From: Thermoplasmatales archaeon SG8-52-3
GTDB lineage: Archaea > Thermoplasmatota > E2 > DHVEG-1
Assembly (NCBI GenBank): GCA_001595915.1
Contig: LSSG01000053.1
Coordinates: 69,416 to 131,306, forward strand
Length of the DNA: 61,891 bases
Direction of reading: 5' to 3'
Positions 10,251-18,888 of the stretch are shown one piece after another; position 1 is the stretch's first letter, and the number at the start of each line of letters is the position of its first letter. The translations under genes were made by a program, and so were the position numbers. The notes under the pieces were generated by a model. The model made no database searches and was not told the DNA's origin. It saw only the letters and a program-made list of their open reading frames with translations.

Positions 10251-11708
10251 TTAAAATGTAGAGCTATTTTTATGTATCAGGTTTCTTATATATAATTTAC
10301 CCCAAGAAAATGATATTACTGAACCAGTTAAGTTTGCAATTACAATAGACCACCATAACCCAATTAATCCTGCTTTAAAAACAAACGTGGAAATCAATGC
10401 AAGAACAATTGTTAGGACAATAGTTCGAAGAAGGGTTGCTATAAGAGAATATATTCCCTTACCTGTTCCTTGAAACATTGCAGATGAGGAAATACCAAAT
10501 GCTGCTCCAGGATAAAAAAAGCAGGAAATTTGTAAAAATATCACTAAATCTGGCCTTATTATTATATCCTCAGGTCTTGATGTAAAAACAGTTGAAATAA
10601 AGGGAGCTAAGAAAAAAATCACTATTGCAAGAATTATTTCAACAATTAATCCAGTTTTTGCAGCATACATATAAGCTGTATTTAATTTATCATAAGATTT
10701 TGCTCCAAAAGCAGCACCAGTTACAGAGACTACTGCTGTTGCCACACCAAGTAATGGAAGTATTGCAATCATAACAACTCTCCAACCTGTATTATAAATT
10801 GCTACTCCATTCTCACCATTACCTGCAATTCCAATTATTATGATGATTGCAATCATTGTAATAGACATTGACAATTGTTGAAAAGATGCAGGAAGACCAA
10901 CTTTAAAAATATCCTTTAAAATTTCTTTATTGAATTTAAACTCATTAAATTTAAAAGAAACATATGTATCTTTTCTAAAAAACAACCAATATACAAGGAT
11001 AAAAGATGCCAATGCAAAAGAAAGTATGGTTGCATAAGCAGCACCAACAACTCCCATTCCAAAAGTGTAAATAAAAATTGGATCAATAATAATATTTGTT
11101 ACTGCACCAACCATCATAGCATACATAGCTCTATTTGCATCACCTTCACTTCTTAATATTGCAAATGCAATATTTGAAAAAAATAAAAAAATGCTTCCAG
11201 AAAATATTACCCTACCATAGGAAATTGCCATATCGGCTGTTCTTTCTGCACCAATTATAATAAATAGAGAATCAGCAAATAAAAATAATAAAATTGAAAA
11301 AACAGATGCAATTATAAGTGTGAGTACAATAGAATGAATTGCTACATTATCAGCACCCTTTTTATCATCAGCTCCAATACGTCTAGAAATTGCTGCTCCA
11401 CTACCAACACCAACACCTACAGCAATAGATATTATCATCATATAAAATGGCATTACAAAACCAACTGCTGCTAGAGCATCAATTCCAATATTAGAAACCT
11501 CAGAATTTGTAAAAAAATCTTTTCCAAAACCAGAAACCCAAAGAGCATCAATTAGATTATAAATTGTTGTAGCAGACATTGCAATTATCATTGGTACAGC
11601 TAGTTTCATAATTGCTTTTTTTGGATCCCCAAGTAAAGTTTCGACTCCTTTTGTTTTTGAAGAATCATTTTTTCTAGAATTAGACTGTGCTACCACCTTC
11701 AGCGTCAA
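10251..11708 (-). CDS. MATE family efflux transporter
   Basis: LLGDPKKAIMKLAVP, LRSEGDA, DPIFI..GVVGAAYAT, GLPAS motifs; about 12 hydrophobic segments. True start may be a few codons downstream. Confidence 0.92.
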   Translation of the reverse strand: MTLKVVAQSNSRKNDSSKTKGVETLLGDPKKAIMKLAVPMIIAMSATTIYNLIDALWVSGFGKDFFTNSEVSNIGIDALAAVGFVMPFYMMIISIAVGVGVGSGAAISRRIGADDKKGADNVAIHSIVLTLIIASVFSILLFLFADSLFIIIGAERTADMAISYGRVIFSGSIFLFFSNIAFAILRSEGDANRAMYAMMVGAVTNIIIDPIFIYTFGMGVVGAAYATILSFALASFILVYWLFFRKDTYVSFKFNEFKFNKEILKDIFKVGLPASFQQLSMSITMIAIIIIIGIAGNGENGVAIYNTGWRVVMIAILPLLGVATAVVSVTGAAFGAKSYDKLNTAYMYAAKTGLIVEIILAIVIFFLAPFISTVFTSRPEDIIIRPDLVIFLQISCFFYPGAAFGISSSAMFQGTGKGIYSLIATLLRTIVLTIVLALISTFVFKAGLIGLWWSIVIANLTGSVISFSWGKLYIRNLIHKNSSTF

Positions 11709-11754
11709 TAGTAAAGTTTATTTCAACTTTTTGGTTAAAAACTTTTTAAAAAAT

Positions 11755-12231
11755 ATGATTAAACAAATAATTAAAATTGGAGAGAAATAACCTGATTTTT
11801 GTCTTCCAGATCAAGATGAAAAAGAGATATGTTTAAGTAATTATAAAGGAAAAAATATAGTTTTATATTTTTACCCAATAGATAATACTCCAGGTTGATC
11901 ACTTGAAGCAATGATTTTTACAAAATATAAAGACGAATTTGAAAAACTTAATACTACGATACTTGGTATAAGTAAAGATAGTTGTGATTCTCATAAAAAA
12001 TTTATTGAAAATAAGAAATTAAATATTACTTTGATATCTGATAAAGAAAAAGAAATTCATAAAATATATGGTGTTTGGCGACTTAAGAAATTTATGGGAA
12101 AAGAATTTTTTGGTACAATTAGAACCACTTTTTTAATAGATAAAGAAGGAATAATAAGGACAATATGGGATAATGTTAAAGTAAAGGGACATGTTGAAGA
12201 GGTTTTTGAAGAGGTTAAAAAATTAAAATAA
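11755..12231 (+). pseudogene. bcp: BCP/PrxQ peroxiredoxin interrupted by TAA (11788-90) and TGA at the peroxidatic Cys (11896-98); pseudogene or recoded gene
   Basis: Single frame from ATG 11755: MIKQIIKIGEK*PDFCLPDQD..VLYFYPIDNTPG*SLEAMIF..GISKDSCDSHKKF..RTTFLID. The ORF track shows only the part after the TGA. Confidence 0.8.
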
Positions 12232-12283
12232 AAATATGTGTCACCCATATCCTTTATATATAACTTTTCTATTCCGACTTCTA

Positions 12284-12667
12284 ATGGCACTTTGGCAAGG
12301 TGACTCTAAAAGGAGTAAAACAGGTAGAAGAATTCGTTACGCACGTGGAAAAAGAAAATTTGAGATAGGTCGAGAAAGACATTTAACAACAATTGGTTCT
12401 ACTACACTTAAAAATGTTCGGACAAAAGGTAACAATAGAAAAATTAGAGTAAAAACAACAAATATTGCTTATGTAGTCGATCCGAATAACAATAAAACTA
12501 CTAAAACAGATGTAATCTCTGTTGTGGAAAATAAAGCAAATATCCACTATGTACGAAGAAATATAATAAACAAAGGTGCAATTATTGAAACAAAACTTGG
12601 GAAAGCAAAAGTCACCTCAAGACCTGGCCAATATGGTACAGTGAACGCTGTACTTCTTTCTAAATAA
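12284..12667 (+). CDS. rps8e: 30S ribosomal protein S8e
   Basis: MALWQGDSKRSKTGRR..RPGQYGTVNAV; start set to ATG 12284. Confidence 0.97.
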   Translation: MALWQGDSKRSKTGRRIRYARGKRKFEIGRERHLTTIGSTTLKNVRTKGNNRKIRVKTTNIAYVVDPNNNKTTKTDVISVVENKANIHYVRRNIINKGAIIETKLGKAKVTSRPGQYGTVNAVLLSK

Positions 12668-12683
12668 ATTGTAGTGATTATTT

Positions 12684-12959
12684 ATGGTCTCCAGAGGAGA
12701 TGAAAAGTACGTTGTTTGGCCTATCTATTTTGATATTTCAGTTTCAAGACTTGCAGGTAGAAAGGTTTCTAAAAAAAATGCTGTAGATAAACCAAATGTT
12801 GAAAATATTGCAAAAGCAGCAAAATCTTTGAAATTAAATCCAGTAATTGAAAAAGATTGTAGTCATCCTTCACGAAATTGGAGAAAGGAAGGTCGAGTAC
12901 TGATTGATAAAAAAGATTTAAAAGGTAAACTTTTAAGACAAATTGCAAGTCGATTATAG
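12684..12959 (+). CDS. srp19: Signal recognition particle protein SRP19
   Basis: VWPIYFD..SRLAGRKVSK..HPSRNW..GRVL; adjacent to rps8e. Confidence 0.93.
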   Translation: MVSRGDEKYVVWPIYFDISVSRLAGRKVSKKNAVDKPNVENIAKAAKSLKLNPVIEKDCSHPSRNWRKEGRVLIDKKDLKGKLLRQIASRL

Positions 12960-13174
12960 TGCTTTTAAAATTGTAAGTTTATTAAGTAATGATTGTTAAG
13001 TTAATTGTTTAATTTTAAAATGTTTAACCTTAATATTAAAAATAAATGTTATCATGACACATAATGACATTTAAAATATTATGATAAATAATGTCTAGCG
13101 TTGTATTGAAAATATGATAGATACTATTTAGCATGCGATATGCTTATAAATTATAATTCGCTTAGAAAAATTTG

Positions 13175-13987
13175 ATGGATGCAGAATCAGTTAAAGCAGC
13201 AATTTATACTAGAGTATCAACTGAGGATCAGGCAAAAGAAGGTTTTTCACTTGATGCTCAACTTGACAAACTACGATCTTATTGTAAAGCAAGAGATTGG
13301 ATTGTATCTGAAGAATATGTAGATGATGGATACTCAGGTCGAAATATCAAACGTCCTGCTTACAAAAGAATGATGGCTGAAATGGAAAAATGGGATTTAC
13401 TTTTAGTAATAAAAATGGACAGGATACATAGAAATCAGAAAAATTTTATGTTAATGATGGAACTTCTAAATAAAAATGAAAAAGAATTTGCCTCCATGAG
13501 TGAATCCTTTGATACATCCACAGCCATGGGTCGTTTTGTAATGAATATAATACAGGGTATTGCACAATTAGAATCTGAACAAATTGGAGAACGTGTTTAT
13601 GCATGCATGGAACAAAAAGCAAAAACTACAGGAGGTGTGCTAGGTTTTAACATACCATATGGTTATAATTATTCAGATGGAGAATTGATTATAAATGAGG
13701 AGGAAGCTACTGTTATAAAAGATATATTTTCTGAGTATAAAAAAGGTCGAAGTATGGGTAAAATTGCAAAAATGCTTAATTCTACAAAAATTCCAACAAA
13801 AAAGGGGGGGTTATGGGCAAAAAAGACTATTTCAACGATATTAAAAAATTCGACCTACTGCGGATACCTTCATTGGAAACAATATGTAAATAAAAGTGAT
13901 CATGATCCAATAATTCAAAAAGATGAATTCAATCAAATTCAAAATTTAATTGAAAGTAAGGGTGGTTCTCCCAAAAAAAGGTTATGA
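13175..13987 (+). CDS. Serine site-specific recombinase (resolvase catalytic domain + recombinase DNA-binding domain)
   Basis: AAIYTRVSTEDQ, DDGYSG, DRIHR, PYGY motifs; 270 aa, lacks zinc-ribbon/coiled-coil part. Confidence 0.9.
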   Translation: MDAESVKAAIYTRVSTEDQAKEGFSLDAQLDKLRSYCKARDWIVSEEYVDDGYSGRNIKRPAYKRMMAEMEKWDLLLVIKMDRIHRNQKNFMLMMELLNKNEKEFASMSESFDTSTAMGRFVMNIIQGIAQLESEQIGERVYACMEQKAKTTGGVLGFNIPYGYNYSDGELIINEEEATVIKDIFSEYKKGRSMGKIAKMLNSTKIPTKKGGLWAKKTISTILKNSTYCGYLHWKQYVNKSDHDPIIQKDEFNQIQNLIESKGGSPKKRL

Positions 13988-14003
13988 AACCATCCTTTTT
14001 TTA

Positions 14004-14029
14004 GTTACCTTTGGACTACCGAAGGTAAC
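14004..14029. repeat. Inverted repeat between the two recombinase genes
   Basis: GTTACCTT-tggactaccg-AAGGTAAC (8-bp arms), preceded by a T7 run. Confidence 0.6.
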
Positions 14030-14091
14030 CCTAAGTAATAATAAAATATAAATAATATTTCTCAGATACATGGAAAAGTCATATATTTGAG

Positions 14092-14841
14092 TTGTTTCAA
14101 ATGTCAAAATATAGAGTAGCATTCTATATTAGGGTAAGTAAAGGTGAACAAACAAAAGGATATAGTATAGATGGACAAAAATCTACTTTAAAATTATGGG
14201 CTGAAGAGATGAATTGGAAATGGGTTAAGACTTACTTCGAAGAAGCAAGTGCTAAAGATCCAGATAGGGAGAAATTCCAGGAGATGATTACTGATGCTAA
14301 AAATGGTCTTTTTGATGGAATTTGTATTGTTGATAGTGATAGATTTAGCAGATCAACAAAAGATCTCCTTAATATAATGGATGATTTAATGAATTATAGA
14401 GTAAAACTTCATATACATAACCTACAACATATTGATATCTATAGTGTACAGGGAAGATTTACACTCACAAATTTAGCAGCATTTAGTGAATTTTTCAGGA
14501 AACAATTGGCATCTAAGATTCGTGCAGGTGTAAAACAAAAAATGAAAAATGAATGGTTTGGTCAGGCTCCATATGGTTATTCCATTTTATCTGATACAAA
14601 AGGCAGTCGAAAAGTAAACACAAGACTTATAAAAAATCCTGAAGAACAAGAAGTACTTAAACATATGAAAAATTTAAGAGAATTAGGTAAAAGTTATAGT
14701 GAAATTGCTGATGCACTAAATAAAGATGGAATTCCAACTAGATATACAAAGGAAGATAAAAAAAGCAGTTGGTATTCAACAACAGTTAGAAATATCCTTA
14801 TGAGAGGTGAAATTAAATTAATATTGAACAAAAAATATTGA
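14092..14841 (+). CDS. Second serine site-specific recombinase
   Basis: FYIRVSKGEQ, EEASA, DRFSRS, APYGY motifs; TTG start at 14092 or ATG at 14101. Confidence 0.88.
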   Translation: MFQMSKYRVAFYIRVSKGEQTKGYSIDGQKSTLKLWAEEMNWKWVKTYFEEASAKDPDREKFQEMITDAKNGLFDGICIVDSDRFSRSTKDLLNIMDDLMNYRVKLHIHNLQHIDIYSVQGRFTLTNLAAFSEFFRKQLASKIRAGVKQKMKNEWFGQAPYGYSILSDTKGSRKVNTRLIKNPEEQEVLKHMKNLRELGKSYSEIADALNKDGIPTRYTKEDKKSSWYSTTVRNILMRGEIKLILNKKY

Positions 14842-14885
14842 TACAGATTAGCACGATTAAGCTATTTTATGCTGATTATTAAAAA

Positions 14886-14904
14886 GTTAAGTTATTAACT
14901 TAAC
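14886..14904. repeat. Perfect 19-bp palindrome downstream of second recombinase
   Basis: GTTAAGTTA-T-TAACTTAAC. Confidence 0.55.
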
Positions 14905-15031
14905 TATCTTTATATTAGCAATATTAAAGTTTAAATGACCTATTTTCGTCATTAGTCTTAAAAACTAATACAAATTTTTATAAAGGGGTTATTACTATTA
15001 TTTTATATTAAAAAAACGAGGGAGGTTAGAT

Positions 15032-16072
15032 ATGAATAAGATAATACCTATATTAGTAATAGCAATTTTAGTGTTTGGCGGAGTAAGTGCTTTTGCTATA
15101 ACAAAAAATAAGAATGTTGTTTATCCAATCTCAGATGAATTAGATCAATATCAAGAGACAATGACTGAAAATGCAGTAGTCCCTATTGGAAATGTTCCAA
15201 TTCCAGATAATCCAATAAGTGTTCAGGTTGCTCAATCATTTGTCCCATCAAAAGAAATTATTACAAGAGTAGAACTATACATTGGAAAGAACAGCACAGT
15301 TACTCGTCCTCTAAATGTTTCAATTAGAAAAGAGTTAACTGAGCAAGACTTAACCTTTATTAGTATAGACCCGGGCTTTGTACCCACAGAAACATATGAT
15401 TGGGTTGAAATCGATTTTGATGATATCATAATTACAACTGGTGAAACCTATTATATTGTTGCCTTGACTGAAAACATAACAGATAATTTTTACGCATGGG
15501 GTGCAAACAATATTTCAGAATCCTATCCATATGGTTGCGCTTGGTTTTCAATGGATGAAGGTGGTAATTGGACTAATCAATCAACTTCAACAAATAATCA
15601 AAATACTCAGTCGTTTTCATACTACAGCACCATACCAAGGTTTGATGAAATTGTTACATGGGATATGTGTTTTAAGACATATGGACGAAATAACAATCCA
15701 CCAGAAACTCCAACAATAGATGGACCAATTCAAGGAAAAGTTGGTGAGACATTAAGTTATGTTGTTTCTGCAACAGATCCTGAGGACGATCAAATTTATT
15801 ACTGGATTTCATGGTTTGATGGTTGTCCTGGAATTTATTGGGATGGACCATACAATTCAGGAGAACCTATAACAAAAAGCTATACATATGATAGACAAGG
15901 TACATTTATTATAAGTGTTCAAGCAAGAGACATTTATGAGGCAGAATCTGATTGGGTAACATTAGAAGTAACTATTCCCAGAACTAGAGATGCACAACAT
16001 AACCTTATTTATTGGCTGTATCAATTATTTCCAAATATATTTACAAAAATAATACAAATATTAAATATATAA
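15032..16072 (+). CDS. Secreted protein, unknown beta-rich domain + PKD-like domain + IPR tail
   Basis: Signal peptide; VAQSFVPS..RVELYIG domain; YYWISWFDG; ends TIPRTR..LYQLFPNIFTKIIQIL. Confidence 0.75.
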   Translation: MNKIIPILVIAILVFGGVSAFAITKNKNVVYPISDELDQYQETMTENAVVPIGNVPIPDNPISVQVAQSFVPSKEIITRVELYIGKNSTVTRPLNVSIRKELTEQDLTFISIDPGFVPTETYDWVEIDFDDIIITTGETYYIVALTENITDNFYAWGANNISESYPYGCAWFSMDEGGNWTNQSTSTNNQNTQSFSYYSTIPRFDEIVTWDMCFKTYGRNNNPPETPTIDGPIQGKVGETLSYVVSATDPEDDQIYYWISWFDGCPGIYWDGPYNSGEPITKSYTYDRQGTFIISVQARDIYEAESDWVTLEVTIPRTRDAQHNLIYWLYQLFPNIFTKIIQILNI

Positions 16073-16164
16073 ATAAAATCTTTTTCTTTTATTTTTTCAT
16101 AAAAATTAGGTAAAAATTATTGAATTTATACAATTTTATTAAAAATAAGCGAAAAGATTATAAA

Positions 16165-16178
16165 TTAACACGTGTTAA
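16165..16178 (+). promoter_or_regulatory. TTAAC-N4-GTTAA palindrome abutting TATA
   Basis: GCGAAAAGATTATAAA followed directly by TTAACACGTGTTAA. Confidence 0.75.
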
Positions 16179-16205
16179 AAAATAATGGGGAGGTGAGAAA
16201 TAAAA

Positions 16206-17273
16206 ATGAAAAAAATCTCAAACCGAGCTGGCATATTGCTTATAGCAACAGCAATGATTTTATCAGCTGTAGCTGTAACAGCAGACACAGAAGAGCAAAC
16301 CATAGGTGTAAACTGCAGTATAGGCAGCGGATCCGTCCCCGGAGCCATTGGACCAGTTGTATGGGATAACGATATGGACTTTACAGGTCTCGGCGCAGCA
16401 CAGAAGGATACCAATTATCCTTTCCATGCAGAATGTGCTGACGACTTCCACTTTGATGAAGATACAGAAGTAGAAGACGTACACTGGGTTGGTGGTTACT
16501 GGCAAGATGGTTACGCAAGTGCTCACTGGCCATGGGAAATAACATTTTATAATGACCGTGGTGATGGTGAAGCACCTGGTGATGTCTTTGCAGGACCCTT
16601 TGAAGTTGACAACACACAATATACAGAAGAGTTGATTCAAGACACTGGAACATCTATTTACTACACATATTCTGTAGTTTTAGATGAATCAATTATATTC
16701 CCAGCCTGTACAAAGTTCTGGATCACAATACGAGGTGTTGGATTCTTCCCACCACAATCTGGTTGGGGATATCATGATACCATTCTATTGTGGGAAGCTG
16801 TTTTCAGATCAGAACTTCTGGGATACCCAGAGTGGACTGACTCTACACTAGTATGGGGCGCTGCAAAAGATATGGCATTCCAGCTAACTGGCCCATTAGG
16901 ACCCGTTGCACCAACACCACCAGATATTGATGGTCCAGGTGAAGGTCCTGCTGACACAGAGATTTGTTGGACATTCCACTCAAGCGATGAGAATGGCGAT
17001 TTGGTCAAATACTTCATCGATTGGGGAGATGGAACATCTGATGAAACAGATTACAACAATCCATGTTCACCAGTTGAAGTTTGCCACACCTATGCAAAGG
17101 GAGAATACACAATAACAGCCTATGCAGAAGACGAGACTGGATTACAGAGCGGTTCTAGTACTTTTGATATAATTATACCAAGAGCTAGATCTGTCTATCA
17201 TCCACTAGTCGTTAGGTTGTTTGAACGTTTTCCAAATGTTTTCCCAATACTAAGACAACTTCTTGGTCTGTAA
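16206..17273 (+). CDS. Secreted protein, WDN..ADDF..WxGGYW beta-sandwich + PKD-like domain + IPR tail
   Basis: Signal peptide; paralog of 33358..34449; FIDWGDG; ends IIPRARSVYHPLVVRLFERFPNVFPILRQLLGL. Confidence 0.78.
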   Translation: MKKISNRAGILLIATAMILSAVAVTADTEEQTIGVNCSIGSGSVPGAIGPVVWDNDMDFTGLGAAQKDTNYPFHAECADDFHFDEDTEVEDVHWVGGYWQDGYASAHWPWEITFYNDRGDGEAPGDVFAGPFEVDNTQYTEELIQDTGTSIYYTYSVVLDESIIFPACTKFWITIRGVGFFPPQSGWGYHDTILLWEAVFRSELLGYPEWTDSTLVWGAAKDMAFQLTGPLGPVAPTPPDIDGPGEGPADTEICWTFHSSDENGDLVKYFIDWGDGTSDETDYNNPCSPVEVCHTYAKGEYTITAYAEDETGLQSGSSTFDIIIPRARSVYHPLVVRLFERFPNVFPILRQLLGL

Positions 17274-17283
17274 TTAAACCTAA

Positions 17284-17310
17284 TCTCTCTTTTTTTTCTT
17301 TTTTTTATTT
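17284..17310 (+). terminator. Oligo-T (archaeal intrinsic) terminator
   Basis: TCTCTCTTTTTTTTCTTTTTTTTATTT immediately after the stop; similar T tracts follow several other secreted-protein genes. Confidence 0.5.
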
Positions 17311-17442
17311 AGTCTTAATAAATTAACTTTATAAATAAACAATATTATTTTAGTTAAGGTAATGCCTTAAATCAAACAAAACCTTTAATAATAAGCATAA
17401 ATTTACCCAGCCAATTAAGGTACATGGTTTAGAGGACAATAT

Positions 17443-18096
17443 ATGTATATAGTAATTGTTGGTGCAGGTGGTATAGGTAAACGTCTTACTGAAATTGCAC
17501 TTAATGACGATAATCATAATGTTATAGTAATAGATAAGGACCAAGCAAGATGTGAAGAAATAGCAAGAAAATTTGATGCTGTAGCGATAAATGCAGACGC
17601 AACTCAAGAAGAAACTCTTGAAGAATCTGAAGTTAAAAAAGCTGACGTTCTCGTAGCAACAACAAGAGATGATGCAGTAAACCTAATGGTTATATCTCTT
17701 GCTAAAAACAAGGGAGTAAAACATCTTGTTTCAGTTGTAAATCAGGAAGAAAGTAAACCTATGTATATGGAAAAAGGTGTAAAGATGATTAAAAGCCCTA
17801 ATATTGTAATGGCTGAACATCTTTACAAATCAATAAAGCACCCAACTGTTGAGGAGTATATGAATGTTGGGAAATATGCTGAAATCTTCAGACTCCCAAT
17901 TGCACCCAATTCTAAGCTTTCAAGAAGAACAATTAAAAAAATAGGACTTCCCAAAAAAAGCCTTATTGTTGCTATTGAAAGAGATCATAAATTTATAATT
18001 CCAACAGAAGATATTGAACTTTTTTCAGGTGACAGGGTAACGATTTTGGCTCATAAAGATCAGGTCGATAAAGTAGCTGCATTATTCTCGGAGTAA
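17443..18096 (+). CDS. trkA: TrkA family potassium uptake regulatory protein (RCK_N + RCK_C)
   Basis: IVIVGAGGIG Rossmann motif, DATQEETL, C-terminal IVAIER..IIP..GDRV. Confidence 0.9.
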   Translation: MYIVIVGAGGIGKRLTEIALNDDNHNVIVIDKDQARCEEIARKFDAVAINADATQEETLEESEVKKADVLVATTRDDAVNLMVISLAKNKGVKHLVSVVNQEESKPMYMEKGVKMIKSPNIVMAEHLYKSIKHPTVEEYMNVGKYAEIFRLPIAPNSKLSRRTIKKIGLPKKSLIVAIERDHKFIIPTEDIELFSGDRVTILAHKDQVDKVAALFSE

Positions 18097-18176
18097 AATG
18101 TTTAATTTCTTACAAAAATTATATATAAAGGTTATAAGATTCTAGGTCTTGTTTTTCTTGATTTTGGAGAATTATT

Positions 18177-18812
18177 ATGGAAGAAAAAGATGTAACTAAG
18201 ACAGGAACAACTACACTTGGAATGGTTTGCAAAGATGGAGTTGTAATGGCAACAGAAACAAGAGCAACTATGGGTACACTTATTGCTCATAAGGAAACGA
18301 AAAAACTATATCAAATAGATGAGCATCTTGGACTTGCAACAGCAGGTCTTGTTGGTGATTTGCAGATTCTTGCAAGATATCTTAATGCAGAGGCAAATCT
18401 ATACAGATTAAAGCGTGATCAGAAGATACCAGTTAAAAGTGCTGCAACACTTATGTCAAATATTTTGAATCAAAGAAAGTTTTATCCATATTATGTACAA
18501 CTAGTCCTTGCAGGATATGATAATTCTGGAGGACATGTCTATTCACTTGATGCTGCCGGTGGAGCAATACCTGATAAATATACAGCAGGTGGTTCTGGTT
18601 CACCTTATGTATTTGGTGTTTTAGAAGACATTTATGAAGATGATTTATCAACGGATGCTGGTGTTGATATTGCAATAAGAGCAATTACTGCTGCAAAAAA
18701 TAGGGATTCAGCATCAGGTGGGTTGATAAATGTTGCAGTAATTACAAAAGATGGATTCAAAGAAATATCACAAGATGAGATTAAAAAACGTACTGAAAAA
18801 TTAGCAAAATAA
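18177..18812 (+). CDS. psmB: Proteasome subunit beta
   Basis: Propeptide then KTG|TTTLG; GSGS, RDSASGG; upstream of aCPSF1 as is usual in archaea. Confidence 0.97.
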   Translation: MEEKDVTKTGTTTLGMVCKDGVVMATETRATMGTLIAHKETKKLYQIDEHLGLATAGLVGDLQILARYLNAEANLYRLKRDQKIPVKSAATLMSNILNQRKFYPYYVQLVLAGYDNSGGHVYSLDAAGGAIPDKYTAGGSGSPYVFGVLEDIYEDDLSTDAGVDIAIRAITAAKNRDSASGGLINVAVITKDGFKEISQDEIKKRTEKLAK

Positions 18813-18888
18813 GATAATTACATAAATATTGTTTCTTCAATTAATAATTATTCATATAAATTTATAAGAAAATTATAGAAGGGTAAAT

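Noticed and set aside
12236-12283. N-terminal extension of rpS8e in the ORF track
   Set aside because: The conserved protein starts at MALWQG (12284); the extension covers the TATA region.
12995-14894. GTTAAGTTA direct repeat on both sides of the recombinase pair as attL/attR
   Set aside because: A 9-nt match is expected by chance between AT-rich intergenic regions of this size.
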